Source: Patescibacteria group bacterium (GTDB lineage: Bacteria > Patescibacteriota > WWE3 > 2-01-FULL-39-13). From it: 64,000 bases of DNA. Positions 38,529 to 48,343 of this stretch are shown here, in pieces; position 1 is the stretch's first letter; each line of letters opens with the position of its first letter. The position numbers were made by a program, and so were the translations under genes. The notes beneath the pieces are model-generated. The model did not search any database, was not told the origin of the DNA, and was given only the letters and a program-made list of their open reading frames with translations. The stretch is from contig JASNYX010000002.1 of NCBI GenBank assembly GCA_048499955.1, forward strand, positions 4,513 through 68,512, given 5' to 3'.

Positions 38529-39158
38529 ATGGGCAAAAAACTAGAGTGGATAACTATCGTTATACCTCTTCAAAACACGTCAAATTATATTGACATAATA
38601 CTTCAGAAGCTCACCTATAAAGCTTATAGGCTCAAATATAAGTACGATATAAGTACCGAGTTTGTGTTTATTGATAATGGAAGTACTGATAATACCCTCG
38701 ATATAATTCAGCAAAACTTTAAGCATCCAAATGTTGTCTGCCACAGAGAGCCCGAGCCTCTTTCATATAATGATGCTGTTAGATCTGGAATAGAAAAATC
38801 TTCAGGGGAATTCATACTATGTATGAACACAAACCTTAACTCTCCATTAACCTTGATCGACGAATTTATAAAGAATATCAGGGACGTTAACACAGTTTTC
38901 ATATCGACCGGTATTTTTATGTTTCACAGAGTGATCGCGGATACCGTATTTACAAAAACAGGTGTCTTCAAATCAAGCTTTGAAAATGAGATTAAATATC
39001 TTTCAAATAAATATGAATTAATAATAAGATATATAGGATATAGCTCCGAGAACAACCTTAATTCTCTAAAGGAAACACTTATGTACTTAGTAAATTTATA
39101 TCACCGAAGAACAGATCAATTAAAAATTAAAGTAAACGATTTGTTAGGTTACTATTAG
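38529..39158 (+). CDS. Glycosyltransferase family 2-like (short)
   Basis: ITIVIPLQNTSNYI…FVFIDNGSTDNTLDII motif pattern. A promoter-like TTGACT-N16-TAGTAT lies just upstream, around 38485-38512. Confidence 0.55.
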   Translation: MGKKLEWITIVIPLQNTSNYIDIILQKLTYKAYRLKYKYDISTEFVFIDNGSTDNTLDIIQQNFKHPNVVCHREPEPLSYNDAVRSGIEKSSGEFILCMNTNLNSPLTLIDEFIKNIRDVNTVFISTGIFMFHRVIADTVFTKTGVFKSSFENEIKYLSNKYELIIRYIGYSSENNLNSLKETLMYLVNLYHRRTDQLKIKVNDLLGYY

Positions 39159-39163
39159 ATTCT

Positions 39164-40053
39164 ATGCACCCAATATATCCTACAGATGAAATAGAAGAGA
39201 ATCTCGCGATACCCTCCGAAAGCGTTTTTCCGGGTGAATTTTATGATCGATTGGGAGCACACCTCGACTCTGAACTAGTTAATGTACTTCGAAGAGATGG
39301 TCACAATATCGAAGAATTAAAAACGAAACCACCGGTATATATACTTATGCATGGTTATGGCGGGCCTATTGATAAAAACGGAACGCCAAATGTAGAATCC
39401 CGTTATTGTATTAAAGCTACCCTAGAACTCATCTAGTATTTCAAACGAGAAGCATCAAAGCGTGATCATGAATATTATCCGACGATTTTAGTGAGTGGAG
39501 GTACTGATTTCGGATATTATGCGTTTTATGCAGAGGAACTTATCAGGCAAATCCATATTCTCACAGGAGATCCTGATTACACTAATTTTGCAGACATTTG
39601 GGACCAAGGAACATATAAACGACAAAATCCGATTATGCACATGCTGTCGGAACAGGCGGAGAAGTGGAATTTGCGATGAACTTTCTCGCAGGTGAAAGCG
39701 ATCCGGATAAGCCGGTAATCTCGGTATGCAGACTCGGCCATCAAAGTAGAATTCAAAATTTCGCAAACGCACACGATTTCAAATTAACACCATTAACAAT
39801 CGAAGGAATTCTAATGCATTTTAGAACACAGGAAACTATCGATAGATTTATGCGAATCCACCCCGAACAGACTGATAGCATAAGAGGATTTTCAGCCGCC
39901 GAACGACGAAAAGCTACAATATCACGACTATTGGCAGATCCCTCTGAAGCAAAGACACTCGAATCACTCCTCAGAGTTCTACAGAAGCATCTCGGAGACA
40001 ATTTCAAAGATAAACTGTTCAGACTTATCGGACAAAACAAAGTAGAAAATTAA
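39164..40053 (+). pseudogene. DUF218 / YdcF-SanA-like family gene interrupted by an in-frame TAG (39434-39436) and a frameshift (about 39619-39679)
   Basis: Three ORF pieces concatenate into one YdcF-like protein: …VYILMHGYGGP…KATLELI*YFKREASKRDHEYYPTILVSGGTDFGYY… (the first two pieces are in the same frame, separated only by TAG), then frame-shifted …PVISVCRLGHQSRIQNFA…. The ISGG and V..DP.H..R motifs match the YdcF/DUF218 family. Confidence 0.45.
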
Positions 40054-40135
40054 CTAGAGTTAAACTCACTTTACTAGTCAATCTCATCATGCAATACTCG
40101 AGAAGTTATTAAAGGTCTTACTTTTTTAATCCATC

Positions 40136-41194
40136 ATGAAAAAAATTCTAATAACAGGATCTGCAGGACTAATCGGATCGCAAGCTGTGTCATTTTTTAT
40201 AGAACATGGCCATTCAGTTGTCGGCATCGACAACGATATGAGATCGTATTTTTTTGGGCAAGATGCCAGCACTTCATGGAACAAAGAAAAGCTGATACAC
40301 GATTTTAAAGACAAGTACGAGCATAAAGACGTAGATATCAGAAATAAGGAACAGATAGAGGAAATCATGAAAAACAACGAGTTTGACTTGATTATCCATA
40401 CAGCAGCTCAGCCTTCCCATGACTGGGCAGCAAAAGAACCGTTTACTGACTTTAGTGTCAATGCTGAAGGTACATTAGTCCTCCTTGAAAACTGTAGAAA
40501 ATACTGTCCCGAAGCAGTTTTCATATTCACCTCTACAAATAAAGTCTATGGAGATATGCCAAATAGCTTACCTTTAATTGAACAAGATACTAGGTATGAG
40601 ATTTCAAAAGAACACCATTTTCATGAACATGGAATAGATGAAACGATGAGTATTGATCAAAGCAAACACAGTGTTTTCGGTGCATCGAAAGTAGCCGCGG
40701 ATATTTTAGTTCAAGAATACGGACGATACTTTAACTTAAAAACAGCATGCTTTAGAGGCGGCTGTCTAACCGGACCCGCACACAGCGGAGCCGAACTACA
40801 CGGATTTCTTGCTTACCTTGCCAAATGTGTTGTAACAGGCAAAAAATACACGATTTTCGGATATAAAGGGAAACAAGTCCGAGACAACATACACTCATAC
40901 GATTTGGTTAATGCTTTTTACCATTTTTATAAAAATCCCAGATCAGGGGAAGTTTATAACATCGGCGGATCCAGACATTCCAATATCTCGATGAAGGAAG
41001 CAATCGCAAAGCTGGAAAAAATTACAGGCAAAAAAGCAAATATTGAATATACCGATCAAAATCGGGAAGGCGATCATATCTGGTATATATCAGATGTTAG
41101 GAAATTTCAAAATCATTACCCCGGATGGTCATATAAATACAGCATGGATCAGCTTCTAAACGAGATCGTAGAAAAAGGGCATTTTCAAAGTTAA
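40136..41194 (+). CDS. NAD-dependent sugar-nucleotide epimerase/dehydratase (extended SDR)
   Basis: Rossmann motif [10 protein letters not shown] and catalytic YxxxK (…[11 protein letters not shown]…). It is 352 aa. Confidence 0.85.
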   Translation: MKKILITGSAGLIGSQAVSFFIEHGHSVVGIDNDMRSYFFGQDASTSWNKEKLIHDFKDKYEHKDVDIRNKEQIEEIMKNNEFDLIIHTAAQPSHDWAAKEPFTDFSVNAEGTLVLLENCRKYCPEAVFIFTSTNKVYGDMPNSLPLIEQDTRYEISKEHHFHEHGIDETMSIDQSKHSVFGASKVAADILVQEYGRYFNLKTACFRGGCLTGPAHSGAELHGFLAYLAKCVVTGKKYTIFGYKGKQVRDNIHSYDLVNAFYHFYKNPRSGEVYNIGGSRHSNISMKEAIAKLEKITGKKANIEYTDQNREGDHIWYISDVRKFQNHYPGWSYKYSMDQLLNEIVEKGHFQS

Positions 41195-41226
41195 TTCATT
41201 TAAGAATACATGATAAAACAATAAAT

Positions 41227-42396
41227 ATGCCTCATGATTACAAGAATTTGAAAATAATAATATCTACACATGAATACTTCAAAGGAAGCGGCCAAGAACT
41301 AAAGGAATTTCTAATTAGAAAAAAATCAAAGAAGTTGCTATATGTTGCTCATAAACTATTCCTGGCCTCTCCGAATATTTCCTACGCTGAAACCTACGAA
41401 AATGGCGAAATTAGCAAGAAAGAATCCTCATCCGAGCTTCCTAAAATGCAATGGCTACTATATTTAAGAGATGCATTTTACAACTTGTATTATGTATTAA
41501 CTTCTAAAGGCAAATATGATTATTACATCGGAATTAATTCTTTCAACGCGATTTTCGGTTTGTTGTTTAGATTTCTGGGCAAAGTAGACAAAGTCGTATT
41601 TTTTACAATCGACTATGTAATGGAAGACCGCTTTGAAAACAAATTACTCAACAAGCTTTATGTAGGAATGGACCGTATCGCATTTTGGAATAGTGACTTT
41701 ACCTGGAGTGTATCCGACAGAATGTCAAACCAACGTATAAAAGAACTTGGTCCGGAAGCTGAAACCAAAAAGCAGATCGTAGTTCCCATTGGGATTCCTG
41801 AAGAAGCACAAAAGGTTCAGGCCACTAAAAAGAAGAATGTACTAGTATACAGTGGAGAGCTAGCCCCAAAATACGGATTGGAAATAATTCTTGAATCTGC
41901 ACCTAAGATAATTGAACAAATTCCCGACTTGGAAATAAGAATTATCGGAGACGGAAGACTAAAAGAGAAGCTCGTAAACTTGTCCAAAGATCTGAATATC
42001 GAAAGCAACGTAAACTTTATGGGCTATATTAATACCACAACAGAACGTATTAGGTGGTTGAAACTTCTAAAAGAAAGTACCTTGGGAATTGCAACCTATG
42101 AAGAAGATAAGAAATCTTTCAAGCAGTTCTCAGATGTTACTAAACCAAAAGATTATATGGCCTGCGGACTTCCGGTAATAACAACGGGGTTAATCCCATT
42201 ATCTGAAGACATCAAAAAATATAATCTAGGTAGAGTAATAAAAGATAATACTGAATCCTTTGTTGAAAATATTTTAGAATTACTCCAAAATCCTGCAGAA
42301 GTAAAAACAATAGAGGCCAATATTGAAAAATACTGCAAAGATATGACATGGGAAAATATATTCCTCAAGTCATTCAGCGAGATGGAAACCGAATGA
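41227..42396 (+). CDS. Glycosyltransferase family 4-like (GT-B)
   Basis: The C-terminal half has the GT4 pattern (…LEIRIIGDGRLKEKL…NVNFMGY…ACGLPVITTG…). Confidence 0.7.
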   Translation: MPHDYKNLKIIISTHEYFKGSGQELKEFLIRKKSKKLLYVAHKLFLASPNISYAETYENGEISKKESSSELPKMQWLLYLRDAFYNLYYVLTSKGKYDYYIGINSFNAIFGLLFRFLGKVDKVVFFTIDYVMEDRFENKLLNKLYVGMDRIAFWNSDFTWSVSDRMSNQRIKELGPEAETKKQIVVPIGIPEEAQKVQATKKKNVLVYSGELAPKYGLEIILESAPKIIEQIPDLEIRIIGDGRLKEKLVNLSKDLNIESNVNFMGYINTTTERIRWLKLLKESTLGIATYEEDKKSFKQFSDVTKPKDYMACGLPVITTGLIPLSEDIKKYNLGRVIKDNTESFVENILELLQNPAEVKTIEANIEKYCKDMTWENIFLKSFSEMETE

Positions 42397-43145
42397 TCAA
42401 CACCCCTCTTCAAAAACTTAAAACCTATGGCCTTAAAACTTTTATATACTACACATGGTTAGAAATAGTAAAACATCTGTACTGGTACACGATCAGGCAA
42501 TCATTCAGTCAAAATCAGGAGGATCTGATTATCGACAAGATCTTGGGATACAAAAAAAACGGATTTTATGTAGATGTTGGAGCATATGATCCCGACAGAT
42601 TCAGCAATACCAAGCGGTTCTATTTGAAAGGATGGACCGGAATAAACATTGAACCCGACACACTCAGTTACGAAAAATTTCTAAACAAACGACCGAACGA
42701 TATCAATCTAAATATTGGAATCTCAGATAATCCGGGGGTGCTCACCTATTACAAAATGGAGCCCCAAACACTTTCGACTTTTGTAGAAGATGAGGCGAAA
42801 GAATACATCAAACAGGGATATTCCTTATTGGAAAAGAAAGAGGTCGAGGTAAAATCTTTAGCCGAGGTATTTGATTCTTATCGTGCAAATAATCCAATAG
42901 ACATACTCAGTATAGATACAGAAGGCCTTGATATGGAAGTATTAAAAAGCAATGATTGGACGAAGTATAAACCACAAATTATATGCATAGAATCAGTAAA
43001 ACACCTCAAAATTGATCGGGAAACACCTTCGGTCGACATGAAAGACTCAGATCAACAAAAATATTTAAGCCAATATGACTATACAAAAGTTTTTGACAAC
43101 GGTTTAAACTCAATATATCAACTTAAGGCAAACGGAGAAATCTAA
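42393..43145 (+). CDS. FkbM-family SAM-dependent methyltransferase
   Basis: …KNGFYVDVGAYDPDRFSNTKRFYLKGWTGINIEPD… is typical of the FkbM domain. The probable start is ATG at 42393, overlapping the upstream stop (ATGA). Confidence 0.8.
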   Translation: MINTPLQKLKTYGLKTFIYYTWLEIVKHLYWYTIRQSFSQNQEDLIIDKILGYKKNGFYVDVGAYDPDRFSNTKRFYLKGWTGINIEPDTLSYEKFLNKRPNDINLNIGISDNPGVLTYYKMEPQTLSTFVEDEAKEYIKQGYSLLEKKEVEVKSLAEVFDSYRANNPIDILSIDTEGLDMEVLKSNDWTKYKPQIICIESVKHLKIDRETPSVDMKDSDQQKYLSQYDYTKVFDNGLNSIYQLKANGEI

Positions 43146-43320
43146 ATGCTAAATTCCCAACATTACTCTAAACAATCACAACATTTCGACTTGGAATATC
43201 AAAAATCACCTGAACATATAAACGACATAGCAAATCCAAATGTAGTAAACCCATTTTTGAAATTTACCCGAGTTACACTAAATCTGCTCATAAATAAGTT
43301 TTATATGTTTCACATCATTT

Positions 43321-44337
43321 ATGGTGAAAAACAATAATACTCTGGTCTCTATAATTATTGTCAACTGGAACGGAGAAAAATGGCTGAATACTTGCTTTGA
43401 AACAATTTATGCCCAAACCTATCATGACTTCGAAATCCTTCTTGTCGATAATAATTCCGGAGATAATTCCGTTGAATATACAAAAAAAGAGTGGCCGCTT
43501 GTTAAAGTTATAGAGCTTGACCAAAATTATGCTTATGCAGGAGGTAACAATCGTGGTGCCTTACACGCTAAGGGTGAATTATTGCTGTTTTTGAACAATG
43601 ACACCAAACTTTTCCCTGACTGCCTTGAGAGACTAGTCGACAAACATAAATCTGGATCCATCACGATCCCCCTCCAGTTAGTTGGGGAATTCAGCTCGAA
43701 TCTGCATACCGAATTTATGGGTAACGGCGTAGATATTTTCGGATATCCATATGGCATATCAGATCGGGAACAACAAAAGGTATTCTATGCCGATGGTGCT
43801 GCACTGTTTCTTGAAAAATCGTTATTTTTTGAATTAGGACAATTTGATGAAAAACTCTTTATGTTCCAAGAAGACATTGATTTATCATGGAAAGCCCGCA
43901 TCACAGGAATAGAGATTACAACCTGCCCCAACGCAAAGCTTTATCACTTTAGCGGTGGTACAGCACCAGGTGGCAACTCTACAGGAAAAGACAAATACTC
44001 ATTAAGCGAGTTCAGACGTTTCCATAACGAAAAGAATATAATCCGTAACATTTTGAAAAATTATTCACTGATGTTGGCAATCCCGATACTAGGAACACTA
44101 ATGTTTATACATGCAATCGAGATAATCGGGCTTACGCTTTTTGGTGGGTATAAACTTGCGTTATGCTATTTGAGAGCATATTGGTGGAACATCTCCAACT
44201 TGCAGGATACAATGGCGATGAGACGGTTTATACAAACCAAGAGAGTTCTAAGTGACTTCGATATAATAGGTAATATGTATTTTAGATACTCAAAGCTAAC
44301 TGCAATTTTACGTCTGGGGAAACCAAATTTAGCTTGA
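43321..44337 (+). CDS. Glycosyltransferase family 2 with C-terminal TM helices
   Basis: LVSIIIVNWNGEKWL…ILLVDNNSGDNS…LNNDTKLFPDCL (the GT-A motifs). Confidence 0.85.
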   Translation: MVKNNNTLVSIIIVNWNGEKWLNTCFETIYAQTYHDFEILLVDNNSGDNSVEYTKKEWPLVKVIELDQNYAYAGGNNRGALHAKGELLLFLNNDTKLFPDCLERLVDKHKSGSITIPLQLVGEFSSNLHTEFMGNGVDIFGYPYGISDREQQKVFYADGAALFLEKSLFFELGQFDEKLFMFQEDIDLSWKARITGIEITTCPNAKLYHFSGGTAPGGNSTGKDKYSLSEFRRFHNEKNIIRNILKNYSLMLAIPILGTLMFIHAIEIIGLTLFGGYKLALCYLRAYWWNISNLQDTMAMRRFIQTKRVLSDFDIIGNMYFRYSKLTAILRLGKPNLA

Positions 44338-44347
44338 TAAAACTCAT

Positions 44348-47300
44348 ATGTCTTTCTGGATTAACTTAATTCGAGGAAATTACATACTAGCCGGTGGAGA
44401 CCACACATACTGGCTCGATCTAAGAGGATTTTTTCTCAAAAAGATTTATGCCTGGCAAAACTTTGCTAGCCCCGGAGAACCTAACCATACGATTCCTGAA
44501 TCTATCATTTCACTTGTTTTTAGCTTATCGGATCGTTTAAATATAAGCTATGGAAATTTTCAGATTATTTTCCTGTTCTTGCTCTTGTCACTTAGCGGTG
44601 TAGCTTTTGTACTTTTACTTAAGGAAATTGAACAAACTTTTAAACTTAATAAGACTATGTATCCTGCACTATTAATCGGTGCGATCTTTTATGTTCTTAA
44701 CCCATTTAATTTCAATATATTGCAGATAGAAAAGATATTGCAGTCAATCGCCTTGCCGATTTGTTTGTATTTCTTATTTTTAGGTAACAGAAAAAACAAC
44801 ATTCTATATCTGGTAGTTGGGGCTGCTTTCACAGCGTTACTTTCTCCTATGTCTATAAACTTAGCGGTATTTGTTGCGGTGTTTATCTTTTTGTTCATTC
44901 ACTCACTTTCCGCAGGAATCGCCAAGAGAGAAAAAATGTCTCATCTATTCAGTTTTCTAATATTTTCACTGTTTAGCATTTTATTTAACCTGTGGTGGAT
45001 ACTGCCTACACTTACATCTCTGCTTACAAGTTCAAACGAATCAATTAGCTTCCTCAGATCAACAAATTTTATAAATTCTGTATGGTTACATGACCTTATC
45101 CGAATGATAACTTCATGGGCTTGGAATAGCGGGCATAGAGATGTTCCTTATGTCGCATTCGCAGAAAGATATAACTCAGGGATATTATTATTTGTAAGTT
45201 TCGCACTTTCAGGAATCCCCTTAATATTTGCACTCAGTAAAATTCGAGGGAAATACAATTTGGTGTATCTATACAGTTTAATCGTCATATTAATAACACT
45301 ATTTCTGGCAAAGGGAGCCACACCTCCTTTTGGATATATATATTCGACGATTTTCTCCAAAATCCCATTATTCTCAATGTTTAGGGAACCATCAGCCAAA
45401 TTCATGCAAGCATACTTTTTACAAATATCTTTACTTCTTAGCTTATTCGTAAACTATTTACTCTCACTTAATTTGCAAACAAAATATAAGAGAGCCTTAG
45501 TTTCTGTGGTGCTATTGGCAGTACTAATTAACGCAGGACCAATACTATCAGGAGAAATAATCTGGGATAAATGGAACGGGTCAATGAGAAGCCTTGTCAC
45601 CAGAATTCCATATTATTGGGAAGATTTTCGCCAAAGCCAAGCAATATCAAATGACCAAGGCACTATTGTGGTGTACCCGGGATCCGGTTATGGAGCTACT
45701 TATAATTGGAGAGAGGGCTTTAACGGAACGGATGTTACGAAGTTTTTTACTAATAATCAGGTTTTAAGTTATTATACTTTCCCTATTGATAGCAAATCCA
45801 AATCAGTAAACTTGATGTTCCCAAAAGCAACTCAAAGTGAACTTCCCAAAAATTTATTTGGCCTGTTCAATATTAAATATTTATTGCAAACAAATGATAG
45901 TGATTGGAGATATTCAGGACTTCCCGGATACACAGTAACAAGCACAAATAGATTTATAGGTAAGACACCTTTCACCGAAATAAACCGATGGGGAAACTTT
46001 GATGAAAGATATCTCGATAGACTCGAAAATCGAGAAAAAGATTATGCGAAAAGAAACGAGCTTTATATCGAGCTAATCAATGAACCGGCACTAAAACTAC
46101 ATCAAATTCAGGAAGACCGATTTGTACCTAAATTTTTTGCTCCTGAAATAACCGTTAATGCAGGTCTTGATAGTATACCCGGAGCAATTGGGCTTAATCA
46201 GAATATAAATAGGCAGGCAGTAATCGATAAAAAAGACTTCCCTGATTCGCCCGAAACAAATTTTACCTTTCTAACAAGCAATCCAACTCTATCCGAAAAC
46301 AAAGAAAATCAAAGTTGGAACATCGGCTGGTCGTGGCCAACCGTGAGTATATCTCCAGAGGACTTTCGATACCGGCTGATTAATATCAAAGAATTAGCCA
46401 GGTTCTGGACAACTAAGGACCCTTTATCAACTGCAGATATACATATTTGGCATGGAGCGAAACGAATTGCCGAAATTGAGTCTTATGTTCTTTCTGAAAA
46501 CACTGAAAAGATATTGCTGAAAGAATACATGAACCAGATGAGAGCTGCGATTACTATTTTACAGAATATTCCCCATGAGGAAAGAAATAAAACTTATTAT
46601 CGTATGACTTCCAAGCTTCTCGGATATATAAATAAATCGAATGATGCAATTTCCAAGATCTCTGATCCGCCACTTTCAAAGCTTGATATCTCTGACTTAG
46701 AAGATTTATTAGAACAAGCCGAAAATGAGGCGAATACTCGGTGCAAGATGGTTTGCTATAAGTTTGATCTAGCTGAAGACGGTGTCTACAGCATTTACCT
46801 GTATCGACATGAGCTGGAGCAACTACCGGTAAACGATGCTCAAATAACATTAGAAATCGAGGGCCTTCAAATAACGAAAACTATATCTGAACTACTGGAA
46901 CAGGACTCTAATTCATACCTGATTAAAATTTCTGAAGTTAGTCTCAGCAACGATCTACACTATATTAACTCGAACATAAACAGCATTGGCACTGATCTCA
47001 TAATAAAAGGCGACCTGGCACCACAAACTATTGATATCATAAAGGATAATCTCGACATACATGTACAAAACTTTAGTATTCCACTTCTGAAAAAGCTTCA
47101 GACATCGAGACCAAGTGAAAATCATGAGATGCCGTTTCCCCTAAATATTAAGGAACGTAAAATTTCCGAATGGAAGCCGAATCAAAAATATGTAATCTCG
47201 TTCGACTATGAAATCAATAAATCATATGTCGGCGCTTCAGTAATGGAAAATATAGAAATAACAGATAATTTGGAGTTAAATAATCTGAATATCAGAGAAA

Positions 47301-48343
47301 CTAGGAGAGAGGCCTTTGGTGTAATTCTTGATGAAAATAACATTGAGGAACCGGAATGTGCATATAAAGAAGCTGATATATGCTTTTCCAACTACAGCCA
47401 AGAATTCACCTCAGGGAATCTGAGGTCAACCGCTTCAGTATACATTTACACATACACAGAAAATAACTGGGGAACTGCCAAAATTCGAAATCTACAAATT
47501 AGGGAAAAGCACGAACCTAGGCTTGCCTTGGCAAAGGAAAACTTTAAGCCGGTGACTACAAATCCGGATATTATATTTTCGAAAGTAAATCCGACAAAGT
47601 ATAAAGTCGACATACGGAATATCAATGATAATTTCTTACTGGTATTTAGTGAAACTTATCACCCGAGGTGGGTTATTCACAAACAGGAAAGTGACAATTT
47701 TTTCACGAATTTACTACTATCAATTAAACCAATCGGAAAACACACGCGAGTCAACGGATACGCAAATGCTTGGTATTTATCTCCTGAAGATTTAGGCAAT
47801 CAAAAAAACATAGAATTAACAGTGGAATACCTACCTCAACGACTCATCGCGATCGGTGCTCTAAGCGGGATTATCACTGCGGTTTTACTGACACCGATCT
47901 TATTAACTTTATCCAAATTATTTAATTCGCGTCTTAAAAAATCAAGTATATTGACTCTCACTAATCCACTTCGAGATAGCTTTGAAAAAGTACAAAAACC
48001 TTTCAATAGGCTTATTAACGATCTTTCGGGAAAGAAATACCGATCTTTAGTAATCGGCATGTTAATGATTTTAGCAATATATAATTTATTTGATTTCACA
48101 AGCGGAATTATTAACGAGCTTAGCATTGTGCTTGTTACGTGTTTGATAATATTAACGATAATGAAACAAAATCATGTGGGCAAATTCTTACCACAAGTCA
48201 CTATTTCGTTAGTTGTATTATTCCCGATATTGATCAGTTTGCATTTAAAAACTGCGACTGCAATCAACGCAATATTAATATTTATCCTAATGCTTATAAT
48301 TGTTTGTAAAGAAATCTGGAGGATCTACAAATCTGATGCTTAA
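44348..48343 (+). CDS. Giant polytopic membrane protein (1331 aa), putative GT-C-type glycosyltransferase with a large extracytoplasmic domain
   Basis: It has roughly 10 N-terminal TM helices, an approximately 700-aa soluble region, and about 4 C-terminal TM helices. Its genomic context is a glycan island. No catalytic motif was confidently recognised. Confidence 0.55.
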   Translation: MSFWINLIRGNYILAGGDHTYWLDLRGFFLKKIYAWQNFASPGEPNHTIPESIISLVFSLSDRLNISYGNFQIIFLFLLLSLSGVAFVLLLKEIEQTFKLNKTMYPALLIGAIFYVLNPFNFNILQIEKILQSIALPICLYFLFLGNRKNNILYLVVGAAFTALLSPMSINLAVFVAVFIFLFIHSLSAGIAKREKMSHLFSFLIFSLFSILFNLWWILPTLTSLLTSSNESISFLRSTNFINSVWLHDLIRMITSWAWNSGHRDVPYVAFAERYNSGILLFVSFALSGIPLIFALSKIRGKYNLVYLYSLIVILITLFLAKGATPPFGYIYSTIFSKIPLFSMFREPSAKFMQAYFLQISLLLSLFVNYLLSLNLQTKYKRALVSVVLLAVLINAGPILSGEIIWDKWNGSMRSLVTRIPYYWEDFRQSQAISNDQGTIVVYPGSGYGATYNWREGFNGTDVTKFFTNNQVLSYYTFPIDSKSKSVNLMFPKATQSELPKNLFGLFNIKYLLQTNDSDWRYSGLPGYTVTSTNRFIGKTPFTEINRWGNFDERYLDRLENREKDYAKRNELYIELINEPALKLHQIQEDRFVPKFFAPEITVNAGLDSIPGAIGLNQNINRQAVIDKKDFPDSPETNFTFLTSNPTLSENKENQSWNIGWSWPTVSISPEDFRYRLINIKELARFWTTKDPLSTADIHIWHGAKRIAEIESYVLSENTEKILLKEYMNQMRAAITILQNIPHEERNKTYYRMTSKLLGYINKSNDAISKISDPPLSKLDISDLEDLLEQAENEANTRCKMVCYKFDLAEDGVYSIYLYRHELEQLPVNDAQITLEIEGLQITKTISELLEQDSNSYLIKISEVSLSNDLHYINSNINSIGTDLIIKGDLAPQTIDIIKDNLDIHVQNFSIPLLKKLQTSRPSENHEMPFPLNIKERKISEWKPNQKYVISFDYEINKSYVGASVMENIEITDNLELNNLNIRETRREAFGVILDENNIEEPECAYKEADICFSNYSQEFTSGNLRSTASVYIYTYTENNWGTAKIRNLQIREKHEPRLALAKENFKPVTTNPDIIFSKVNPTKYKVDIRNINDNFLLVFSETYHPRWVIHKQESDNFFTNLLLSIKPIGKHTRVNGYANAWYLSPEDLGNQKNIELTVEYLPQRLIAIGALSGIITAVLLTPILLTLSKLFNSRLKKSSILTLTNPLRDSFEKVQKPFNRLINDLSGKKYRSLVIGMLMILAIYNLFDFTSGIINELSIVLVTCLIILTIMKQNHVGKFLPQVTISLVVLFPILISLHLKTATAINAILIFILMLIIVCKEIWRIYKSDA

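Noticed and set aside
39488-40377. Cluster of overlapping minus-strand ORFs (39488-39772, 39577-39774, 39753-40040, 40126-40377)
   Set aside because: They lie antisense to the YdcF-like gene fragments and to the epimerase gene start. The plus-strand reading has family-level similarity and the minus-strand ones do not.
43146-43524. Small ORFs 43146-43337 (+) and 43315-43524 (-) between the FkbM gene and the GT2 gene
   Set aside because: Short, with no recognisable motifs. One overlaps the GT2 start antisense. They are likely non-coding spacer or shadow ORFs.
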